Below are positions 1 through 7,435 of a stretch of 11,807 nt of DNA, piece by piece; the stretch's first letter is position 1; the number at the start of each line of letters is the position of its first letter. Made by a program: the position numbers and the translations under genes. This DNA is from Candidatus Bathyarchaeia archaeon (GTDB lineage: Archaea > Thermoproteota > Bathyarchaeia > Bathyarchaeales > Bathycorpusculaceae): assembly GCA_050010515.1 (NCBI GenBank), contig JBEKKX010000053.1, positions 1-11,807 of the forward strand, given 5' to 3'. Under the pieces are notes generated by a model. That model saw nothing but the letters and a program-made list of their open reading frames with translations, did not search any database and was not told where the DNA came from.

Positions 1-411
1 CGTAGATAATGTATTGTCAAGCACAAGAAAGTAAGTTCCATTTGAGTCAAGGTTGGAACTAATTGAAGCGGTTGTGGTTTGCCCGCTTTGATAGAGCGCA
101 CCGAAGTAACTGCCAGTCGCATAATCTTCAAAGTTGCTGCTGTCAAAAATGTAAACTATAATGCCGCTGCCACTACCACCTTGTACCGTAAACGTTCCTG
201 ATACATGAATGTTTGATGCATTAGGCGGAATAATGAACTGGTAATCTACATAAGCACCAGCATCAACGTTAGCTGTTCCGTTCACTATCTGAATCGTATG
301 TGCTATGGGAGGTGGAGAAGGATTTTTTTTGCTCAAAATCACAACAGCGCCTATACTGCCAGCAACAATAAATACAATCAGAACCGACGCCAGAATTTTT
401 CTTAATTGAAT
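1..411 (-). CDS. Membrane-anchored beta-sandwich protein, emp24/gp25L/p24 (GOLD)-like; 3'-partial (runs off the window start)
   Basis: Not in the ORF track. Manual translation gives an open frame 411->1: (I/M)QLRKILASVLIVFIVAGSIGAVVILSKKNPSPPPIAHTIQIVNGTANVDAGAYVDYQFIIPPNASNIHVSGTFTVQGGSGSGIIVYIFDSSNFEDY...DSNGTYFLVLDNTLST. It has a basic N-terminus, one TM helix, a Pro linker, beta strands and a GxYxLxxDN motif typical of GOLD-like domains. In-frame TAA at 417-415, SD-like AGGGGG at 425-420, candidate start ATT at 411-409. Confidence 0.75.
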   Translation of the reverse strand, partial: MQLRKILASVLIVFIVAGSIGAVVILSKKNPSPPPIAHTIQIVNGTANVDAGAYVDYQFIIPPNASNIHVSGTFTVQGGSGSGIIVYIFDSSNFEDYATGSYFGALYQSGQTTTASISSNLDSNGTYFLVLDNTLST

Positions 412-584
412 ATCTTATTCCCCCTTTAAATTGAATCTACTTTTAATTTCGCACGCGCTGTTGGTATTCGGTTTCGTTTCATTCTTTTCATCTTTTATGT
501 TTAATTCTTAACGCTGGCATTTTTAGCATACAGTTTCTTCATGGCACACGCGTTAGTGTATGTGCGTACGTTACGTGAATGAGT

Positions 585-677
585 TTATGCTGGGATGTCA
601 GAGAAAAAGCGCGCTCCGCTTCCGTCTATTTTGGTCAAATCCAATACATACACCGTTGTGTTTGCTTCGTTCTTCAA
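585..677 (-). pseudogene. Truncated 5' remnant of a small archaeal hypothetical protein (LDLTKIDGxG motif)
   Basis: TTG start preceded by AAGGCGG, with TATA-like TTTAAAT at 714-708. It encodes MKNEANTTVYVLDLTKIDGSGARFFSDIPA*. From memory, the LDLTKIDGxG motif begins a small Bathyarchaeia protein that continues with FxCPxCG, which is absent here. Unverified. Confidence 0.35.
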
Positions 678-851
678 GCCGCCTTTGCTCGATCAAGTTT
701 TCAAACCATTTAAAGTGGAAGAGTATTAATCGATTTTCCAGATTTACACTCAAATCTTTACCAAATTCTTGCCAGATAACCAAAACTCTCCAACCCAAAA
801 ATAAACGTTCATATTTTAGGACAAACCAGCTTGCAGTGCGCGCTGGCAGAA

Positions 852-862
852 CGGTTAAATAG
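852..862 (+). promoter_or_regulatory. Putative archaeal TATA box for the dienelactone hydrolase gene
   Basis: CGGTTAAATAG about 30 nt upstream of ATG 892. The same CGGTTAAAT occurs on the minus strand upstream of the integrase remnant (8713-8705). Confidence 0.5.
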
Positions 863-891
863 TAACTCATGAGAGGTTAATATGATCTAGA

Positions 892-1701
892 ATGGAATTC
901 TCAAGTCGAACTGTAACGATCAAGTGCTTTGATGACTCTGACATGATAGCTTATATTGCCACTCCTAAAACTGGCGGCCGACAGCCTGCCATCATCATCG
1001 TCCACGAAGCCTGGGGTCTCAACGAGCAGATTAAGGGTGTTGCAAACAGATATGCTGAACAAGGTTTCGCCAGCATAGCCCCGCATCTCTTCAGCCGACA
1101 GAAAGACCTGCTGACTGAACAAGCTATCGAGAAAGCCATGATGCATATTTGGCAGATTCCCCCAGAAAAACGCAGCGACCCAAACGCAGTCCAGAGCTTA
1201 ATGGAGAATCTGCCTGAAGACGACCGGAAAATTGTCAATTATTTCTTCACGGGCCGAGAAAACGCCGAAAAAACAATGGTCGAAGACCTGCTCTGCTGCA
1301 TAAACTTCGTCAAAAACGTAGAAACTGTAGACCCTGAAAGCCTTGGAATCACAGGCTTCTGCCTCGGCGGCGGATTAGCTTACCAGCTTACAACCATGTA
1401 CCCATTCAACGCTGCGGCTCCCTTTTACGGCGCAAACCCGAAACCGCTCGAAGCAGTTGCCAAAATTAAAGGACCTATATTTGGAATCTACGCTGGGGAG
1501 GACCAAAGAATAACCAGCGGCGTTCCCGCCCTAGTAGAAAGCATGATCAAGTACAAAAAAACTTTCCAAATGAAAATCTACCAAGGGACACAACATGCCT
1601 TCTTCAACGAGAAAAGACCCTCGTACAACAAAGCCGCAGCCGAAGACGCATGGACGATGACTTTGGCATTCTTCAACAAGTATCTCAAGGCAACGCAATG
1701 A
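892..1701 (+). CDS. Dienelactone hydrolase family protein (alpha/beta hydrolase, Cys nucleophile)
   Basis: 269 aa. Motifs: PAIIIVHEAWGLN, nucleophile elbow GITGFCLGG, FYG, AGEDQ (Asp), YQGTQHAFFN (His), C-terminal AAEDAW...FF. Confidence 0.95.
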   Translation: MEFSSRTVTIKCFDDSDMIAYIATPKTGGRQPAIIIVHEAWGLNEQIKGVANRYAEQGFASIAPHLFSRQKDLLTEQAIEKAMMHIWQIPPEKRSDPNAVQSLMENLPEDDRKIVNYFFTGRENAEKTMVEDLLCCINFVKNVETVDPESLGITGFCLGGGLAYQLTTMYPFNAAAPFYGANPKPLEAVAKIKGPIFGIYAGEDQRITSGVPALVESMIKYKKTFQMKIYQGTQHAFFNEKRPSYNKAAAEDAWTMTLAFFNKYLKATQ

Positions 1702-1820
1702 GCAACACCCAAGATCGAACCGACTCAAGCCTGCTGTGGGACTGCTTCACCAACTGGTCACTGACCCTCGAGAAAATCAAAAAGCAAAAAACCTCAGCGC
1801 AAGAGATCCGTAAACAATAG
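1698..1820 (+). CDS. Putative 40-aa small protein translationally coupled to the hydrolase
   Basis: ATGA overlap with the hydrolase stop codon (1698-1701). Translation: MSNTQDRTDSSLLWDCFTNWSLTLEKIKKQKTSAQEIRKQ*. Below the ORF-track length cutoff; no recognised homology. Confidence 0.35.
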   Translation: MSNTQDRTDSSLLWDCFTNWSLTLEKIKKQKTSAQEIRKQ

Positions 1821-1838
1821 TAACCAGAAAATCAACCA

Positions 1839-1875
1839 TTACTGTTTAATCTTAATCTTACTGAAAACAGTAAGA
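1839..1875. repeat. Nested inverted repeats (TTACTG/CAGTAA)
   Basis: TCTTACTG-AAAA-CAGTAAGA is a perfect 8-bp inverted repeat (1856-1875). TTACTGTTT (1839-1847) is also the exact reverse complement of AAACAGTAA (1865-1873). Confidence 0.7.
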
Positions 1876-1886
1876 ATCTTATGGAT

Positions 1887-1926
1887 TTCAATAAGACTCA
1901 ATAAACTCCAAATAATCTCAAATCAA
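1887..1926. repeat. Four degenerate tandem 10-bp repeats next to the att site
   Basis: TTCAATAAGA / CTCAATAAAC / TCCAAATAAT / CTCAAATCAA, exact 10-nt period, ending 20 nt before the tRNA-derived repeat. Confidence 0.55.
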
Positions 1927-1945
1927 GTCGTTTTAGTGAAATTAA

Positions 1946-1962
1946 AGCGGGTCCGATGGGAT
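1946..1962 (-). repeat. attR-like direct repeat: exact copy of the tRNA-Arg 3' end
   Basis: AGCGGGTCCGATGGGAT is identical (17/17) to 8740-8756 in the same orientation. It covers the end of the T-loop through the discriminator plus 2 nt. Confidence 0.9.
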
Positions 1963-2259
1963 GCGCTTAAAATATTAAGCAAATCCATAATTAATACGCA
2001 AATATCATAGCAACTTCGAAGGACAAATGTTTGTGCAGGATTCGGGATTGCAATACTCTATTTTTCCGCGGGTTATTTGATTTTTAGCCTTAGCTTGTCC
2101 TTCCTCAACGTTTTTAGCCAGAGCCAAACATTTCGTTCCTCGATAAAAAAAACTTGACCAATGCACGAATTAAAAATAGTTTGTAAAAAAATGGCGGGAA
2201 TAGGATTTTGACGCCAATTTACCAGCAAAAGTGCGCTCTGAGAATAAGCCTGACCTGGG

Positions 2260-3474
2260 TTACCCCCGAACTGGGGGTTTAACGGTGTCCTTTGCAAACA
2301 GGAACACAACGGAGGCTGAGGCTACGCCGGAAACCCCAAACATTGTAAATATGATTTGAAAGTTGTTAGCGTAAAGGTTTAGAACCAAACCGCTTATGAT
2401 CAATCCCACAATGATGCCAATGTCCCGAAATGATGCGTTTAGAGACATCATCGTGCCTCGAAAACCTGGAACTTGTTCGAGAGCCAAACTGTTAAGACCC
2501 GTAATCGATACACTGGCAAAGCCTGCTGATACCATCCACATTGCCGCAGATGCCCACGCGTTAGGCATAAAGGCGATCAAAACTGCGAATATTCCCGAAA
2601 TTACACTTGCCACGACAGTAAGAGGCTTTCTTCCGATTCGATTAATCAATCGCCCCCCAACTATGACACCCAAAATCCCTATTACTGAAGCAATCGAATA
2701 GAAGATCGCACTCGTACTCAAAGACTCATTAAAATATAATCTGTAAAACGACACTGCATAAACAGGCACTAGGAATGAGAAGTTAGCAAGCGTCGTTCCG
2801 ACTTGGCATGCGAGTGCGGATTTGTTTGACAAGATTTGTTTGAAAGCCTTCAAATATTGAGGCTTGTTTGCAGTCTGTTCCTGCCGCGGTTTCGACGGAA
2901 GAACGAAAAAGCCAAAGAGCAAACTAACTACGGCGATTGGAAAGATAAACCACAAAAGGACAAAGCGCCATCCCGCAGCATTCGTAATTACGCTCGTCAC
3001 TTGAGGCATAACTAAGTTCGCAATAAACACACCTCCCATTGCTAACCCAATTGCCATTCCCTTTTTTTCCAAAGGCAAAAAATCTCCGATTAAGGCGAAA
3101 ACCACAATGCCAATCATTGCTGCACCTATTCCAAGAAAGAGACTGAAGAACAGAATGGACTCAAAATCTGGGGCGAAGAACGAACCTAATGCTCCGACGC
3201 CAAAAAGCGCCATGCCAAGCAGGAACAATGACTTATGTTTGAATCTGACAGTCAAAAAGCCCATGATAAAACCTACAATAAGACCCACAAAAGAGCTGAT
3301 GGTCAAAATCTGGCTTGCGGTTCCCACCGTAACTTTTAGCGTTGAGGCTACGTTTACCATAGCATTGCTTAAGAAAACCTCAAATGTGAATGTTAAGAAC
3401 ATACCCAAAAGCAAGGCGGGCACGAACAATTGCCTTTTAAGACTTTTCTTGATAGTCGGCTGTGGGGTGCTCAT
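2260..3474 (-). CDS. MFS transporter (12 TM; drug/purine/sugar efflux-like)
   Basis: 404 aa, two hydrophobic 6-TM halves joined by a central hydrophilic loop (KPRQEQTANKPQY). Motif-A-like GRLINRIGRKP in loop 8-9, EKKGMAIG in loop 4-5, EQVPGFRGTMMS in loop 10-11. Confidence 0.95.
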   Translation of the reverse strand: MSTPQPTIKKSLKRQLFVPALLLGMFLTFTFEVFLSNAMVNVASTLKVTVGTASQILTISSFVGLIVGFIMGFLTVRFKHKSLFLLGMALFGVGALGSFFAPDFESILFFSLFLGIGAAMIGIVVFALIGDFLPLEKKGMAIGLAMGGVFIANLVMPQVTSVITNAAGWRFVLLWFIFPIAVVSLLFGFFVLPSKPRQEQTANKPQYLKAFKQILSNKSALACQVGTTLANFSFLVPVYAVSFYRLYFNESLSTSAIFYSIASVIGILGVIVGGRLINRIGRKPLTVVASVISGIFAVLIAFMPNAWASAAMWMVSAGFASVSITGLNSLALEQVPGFRGTMMSLNASFRDIGIIVGLIISGLVLNLYANNFQIIFTMFGVSGVASASVVFLFAKDTVKPPVRG

Positions 3475-3580
3475 GTTTTTCTGCTATTTATCTAACTAAT
3501 ATATGAGATTATAGTTATTATGTTTGGTACTTGTCAAAACTCTTTACTAAAATTGGCGCCTGATTCTGGTGTTGATTCTT

Positions 3581-3592
3581 AAGTTTAAAATA
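3581..3592 (+). promoter_or_regulatory. Putative TATA box for the STAND gene (divergent from the MFS gene)
   Basis: AAGTTTAAAATA about 65 nt upstream of ATG 3656, in the 181-nt divergent intergenic region. Confidence 0.35.
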
Positions 3593-3655
3593 CGCAGTAG
3601 CGTCAATAATAGAGTAACTGTGGGGTTGTACTTGAGTTGGTAGGCAAAGAAAACT

Positions 3656-6600
3656 ATGAAAACTGAAATCTTAGCTGAACCCGTTTTGGTAGGCAGAGAA
3701 CGTGAAATTGAAGAACTAACGCGCCATCTGGATTCGGCTGTTCAGGGAAAAGGAACAACAGTTTTCATATCAGGAGAGGCCGGAACCGGAAAAACCAGAC
3801 TCATAAAAGAATTCCTAAACTCTGCAAAACAAAAACAAGACGTGTCAGCGCTGGCCGGGTACTGCCTCAGCAACGCTGACGTTCCATACTTCCCCTTCTT
3901 CGAAGCCTTCACCGGCTACTTCACAGAAGAAAACAAACTCGCTACCTCCACCCAGAGCCGAGATCTAACACACCCAAAAACCAGGCAAATCCGAAACGAG
4001 GAAAAGGAAATAAAACGCTGGTTCATGGGTCCAACACAAAACGAGAAAACCGGAAGACGCGAAACGTTGGCTCCTCAAGTGTGGAAAGACCAAACCTTCA
4101 TCACAGTCACACAAACCCTATCAGCCATCTCCTACGAGAAACCCATAATCCTGGTTTTAGAGGACATACACTGGGCAGACTCCGCCTCGCTCGCGCTGAT
4201 TAATTACATTAGCCGTGCCATAAACTCTAAGAGAATCCTGGTCTTAGCCACCTTTCGAAGCGAAGCACTAACGGTCGACGCCCAAGGACGCCCGCATCCG
4301 CTCGTTGAAACGCTCCGCCAAATGAAGCGGGAAGATCTCTACAAAGAAATCAAACTCCCAAACCTAGACCAAACCCATGTCTCTGCAATCGCCAAAAGCA
4401 TGCTAGGCGGAAATCTGCAGCAAGAACTCGTGGAAAAACTCACAAAAGAAAGCCAAGGAAACCCCCTCTACATCGTGGAAACACTGCGAATGCTGCATGA
4501 ACGCCACAGCCTAACTCAAGAACACGACCAATGGCGCTTATCCGCAAATGAACTAGGGATACCCGCCAAAATCAAGGACATAATCCTGCAGAGACTAAGT
4601 ATACTCATACGAAACCAAAGAAGGGTACTTGACGCTGCTTCTGTTATCGGAGAGAAGTTTGACGTTGAATTGCTCGAAGCCGTGCTCGCCCAAGACAATT
4701 TGGAGGTTCTTGAAACTTTGAATGCTATTGCGCAGTCGACCTCGATGGTTTTTTGCGAGGAAGATTCCTTCAAGTTTGACCATGCAAAGTCTCGGGATGC
4801 GATTTACGAAGAGATTCCTCTGGCCTTGAAGAAGGGTTACCACGCCAAAATTGCGGAGCGACTGGAAAGCGCCTCCAAGGGGGGCAAGCTGCCGTTCAGC
4901 GACTTAGCGTATCATTATGCTCAGGCAGGAAACAAGGAGAAAGCAGTGAAATACGCCTTAGCCGCAGGAGAAAATGCGCTAGCGAGATGGAGCAACGAGA
5001 GCGCCATCAAACACTTCACATACGTCTTGGAGAGCGTCTCCGAAAACCCAGAAAACATTGAAACGAGAAGAAAGGCCCAGGAAGGGCTGGGCGACGCTTA
5101 CTACGCCAACAGCATGTTCAAAGAAGCAATGAGAACATTTGAGGATCTGGGCAAAAATGAAATGGGGGTTGTTAAGTTGCGAGTGCTCAGAAAGGCAATG
5201 GAATCTGCCTTCCAATGCATGGATATTCCTCATTTGATGGAGCTTGTGAAGGAAGCCGAGCCGTATGCTGCCGTTGACCGTTTGGAAAGCGCAAGAGTTC
5301 TAACGCAAAGAGGAAGAGTCTACATAATGCAGAATATGGTAACGCTCGCCCCCGAAGATCGCATGCACGCGCTTGAAGATCTCAAAGCTGCTTTGCATGT
5401 TTTTGAGGAAGAGTATTCTCTTTGGGACGCCGCTTTAACCTTAGTCGGAGCAGGGACAATGCATACTTTGTCAGGCGAGCCGAAAAAGGGAATAGCTGAA
5501 TCGTTGCGTGCGATTGCGCTGTTTGAGGAACTAGGCGATTTTCACTTCCAAATGGAAGCATGCTGGGCTGCAGGCTTAGTATTTGCGGAGATGCTATTGC
5601 TTATTCATGAAGCGTTGGGCGTGCTCGCAAGGGTCATAGAAATTAATGAGAAAATGAAGATGGGTGATTATAACAGATTGGTTTATGCGCATGCTTTTTC
5701 AGCTTGGGCGTATGAGTTTATGGGTGATTGGGAAAAGGCGTTGTCTTGCAGTCTGAAAGCTCTGGACGCGTCGAAGAAGACAGATAACCTCGTAGCTCCA
5801 GGGATGGTTTACTCTAACCTTTGCAGGGAATATGTTAGACTTGGAGACTTGAAGCATGCAGAAGAATACTTTGAGAAACTCATGAAACTGCCTCTAGAAG
5901 TGCAAACGAACATTTTTACTAATGGGACATTAGCCAAGGCGGTCTTTTTTGCTGGAAAGGGCCAGTGGAAGGAGTCAACCCAGTTCTTCAAAGAACGCAT
6001 CGAATCTTTAAAGGCGAATCAAGCCGGGGGAGATGAAGTGCGTGGAAGACTGTTTTACGCTTGGGCTCTTGAAAGGGAGGGACGGGTTGAGGATGCTAAA
6101 GTTATGCTTGAAGGAGTCCAGAAGCTGTATCGAGATATGGAAAAAAGGTTTGCTCATGTAAGTTTGCAGGCGAGTTTGATGGTTCGCAGAGAGGTAACAG
6201 TTGGCGAGGAGTTTGAAATGCGTCTCGACCTCGTCAACGCCTCGAGAAAGCCGGGTTTGCTCGTCAAAGTTGAAGGCGTAATTCCTTCCGAAGGGTTCAA
6301 AGCAGCCGTTCTGCCGCCTTGGTGCAGCCTGCAAAACTGTTGCATCGAAATGAAAAACAGAGAAATCAGCGCTTTCCAAGTCGTGACCGTCAAGCTTACT
6401 TTGCAGGCAGTGAAAACTGGGGCTTTCAGTTTAAACCCGAAAATAGTATACTTAAATGAATTAGGAAAGACCAAAACAAGTAGGCTCAAACCGATAAAAA
6501 TATCTGTTGAACCTGTATCAGCAATGAACGAAGAAAGAGCACCATCGACTACATCTGCTAACTTTGGGTTCAAATCTGAAGTTACGGAGAGAGCGTTTGA

Positions 6601-6886
6601 CTTTTTGGTTAGCGCTTTTTTTGAAGATTATGTTCGCCGAAGATTGTCGCAGGAGCGGTCTGGATGGAGAACGTTAATGGATATCGTGAAACAGGGGCGG
6701 ATATCCAAATACAGTGTGTATGGTGCTTCTGGTCGTCGTGGAACAGCATTGTCCGAATTGGAACATCTAGGATTAGTTGAGGTTCGATTGTTTCAAGGCG
6801 AGAGAGGTCGGGGAGGAAAAATCCTCAAACTCAGAATTGCATACGAAAAAGAAAACGTAAAGCGCTACGTTGACCAGTCCTCTTAA
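3656..6886 (+). CDS. STAND-class ATPase (AAA_16) with TPR repeats, Ig-like beta-sandwich and C-terminal winged helix; putative transcriptional regulator
   Basis: 1076 aa. LVGRERE start motif, Walker A GEAGTGKT (3773-3796), Walker B ILVLEDIHWAD (4148-4180), GNP motif (SQGNPLY), WHD with FKFDH, LAYHY, then TPR-like helices. A beta-sandwich follows (VTVGEEFEMRLDLVN...GAFSLNPKIVY, ~6165-6510), then a C-terminal wHTH (LSELEHLGLVEVRLFQGERGRGGKILKLRI, ~6570-6886). Confidence 0.9.
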   Translation: MKTEILAEPVLVGREREIEELTRHLDSAVQGKGTTVFISGEAGTGKTRLIKEFLNSAKQKQDVSALAGYCLSNADVPYFPFFEAFTGYFTEENKLATSTQSRDLTHPKTRQIRNEEKEIKRWFMGPTQNEKTGRRETLAPQVWKDQTFITVTQTLSAISYEKPIILVLEDIHWADSASLALINYISRAINSKRILVLATFRSEALTVDAQGRPHPLVETLRQMKREDLYKEIKLPNLDQTHVSAIAKSMLGGNLQQELVEKLTKESQGNPLYIVETLRMLHERHSLTQEHDQWRLSANELGIPAKIKDIILQRLSILIRNQRRVLDAASVIGEKFDVELLEAVLAQDNLEVLETLNAIAQSTSMVFCEEDSFKFDHAKSRDAIYEEIPLALKKGYHAKIAERLESASKGGKLPFSDLAYHYAQAGNKEKAVKYALAAGENALARWSNESAIKHFTYVLESVSENPENIETRRKAQEGLGDAYYANSMFKEAMRTFEDLGKNEMGVVKLRVLRKAMESAFQCMDIPHLMELVKEAEPYAAVDRLESARVLTQRGRVYIMQNMVTLAPEDRMHALEDLKAALHVFEEEYSLWDAALTLVGAGTMHTLSGEPKKGIAESLRAIALFEELGDFHFQMEACWAAGLVFAEMLLLIHEALGVLARVIEINEKMKMGDYNRLVYAHAFSAWAYEFMGDWEKALSCSLKALDASKKTDNLVAPGMVYSNLCREYVRLGDLKHAEEYFEKLMKLPLEVQTNIFTNGTLAKAVFFAGKGQWKESTQFFKERIESLKANQAGGDEVRGRLFYAWALEREGRVEDAKVMLEGVQKLYRDMEKRFAHVSLQASLMVRREVTVGEEFEMRLDLVNASRKPGLLVKVEGVIPSEGFKAAVLPPWCSLQNCCIEMKNREISAFQVVTVKLTLQAVKTGAFSLNPKIVYLNELGKTKTSRLKPIKISVEPVSAMNEERAPSTTSANFGFKSEVTERAFDFLVSAFFEDYVRRRLSQERSGWRTLMDIVKQGRISKYSVYGASGRRGTALSELEHLGLVEVRLFQGERGRGGKILKLRIAYEKENVKRYVDQSS

Positions 6887-7354
6887 CAGCCCATTCAAGA
6901 ATTAAAGCCGACTTCGATAAATCATGGGAGTATTCTTTTCGTATTTTTATCTATAGGCCAAGTTCTGCTTTCTAAAAATAGCTATGCAGGTAATGCAGAG
7001 CAACAAAAAAGGAGGTTTCCAAGTCGTTGACGAAGCAAACCAAACAGTAGGATAAATAAAAATACTCCTTCGCCAACGAGCCACCGCAGAGAGTAACGGC
7101 ACCACATACGTCATATTATACATCTTCGCTCGATGGAGAACAATCACGGGAAACTCATCTATAACAAACTAAAAAGCTCCTTAACACGTTTTTCCAATTC
7201 GTTTTTGCTTTACCTACCAAAATAGAACCGTATTAAGATGAGGCTTCCTAACATGCATTTATGTAAAAGGATTCAGCATTGAGTTTGGGCACATTTTTCG
7301 ATGAAATATGTGCTTGAGATGTTCTTTTGGAATTTGCGCATAAAAAATCTCTTT

Positions 7355-7392
7355 TCGGAAAAATCAGGAAAAATACCCATATAATTTTCCGA
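7355..7392 (+). promoter_or_regulatory. Promoter with direct and inverted GGAAAA(A)T boxes flanking a TATA-like element
   Basis: GGAAAAAT at 7357-7364 and 7367-7374 (10-bp spacing), CATATAAT at 7378-7385, and TTTTCCGA at 7385-7392, the exact reverse complement of TCGGAAAA at 7355-7362. Lies 44-80 nt upstream of ATG 7436. Confidence 0.55.
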
Positions 7393-7435
7393 CCCCAAAA
7401 CAATTGGACAACACCGCTAAGGGGAGGTGAAAAAG

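Noticed and set aside
560-870. ORFs 560-862 (+) and 598-870 (-)
   Set aside because: No motifs or clear SD, and they overlap promoter-like elements and the 585-677 remnant.
1885-1926. TTTCAATAAGAC resembles the start of some archaeal CRISPR repeats
   Set aside because: There are no ~30-nt repeats with unique spacers and no cas genes; the period is 10 nt.
3656-6886. Avs-type antiviral STAND defence system
   Set aside because: There is no N-terminal nuclease, protease, SIR2, TIR or TM effector. The ATPase is AAA_16/MalT-like with a C-terminal DNA-binding-type domain. An indirect defence role is not excluded.
6947-7210. 66-aa minus ORF, a stop-interrupted plus frame (MQSNKKGGFQVVDEANQTVG*IKILL...) and the minus fragment ELEKRVKELFSLL*
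   Set aside because: Possibly gene debris, but I recognise no family and cannot choose a frame.
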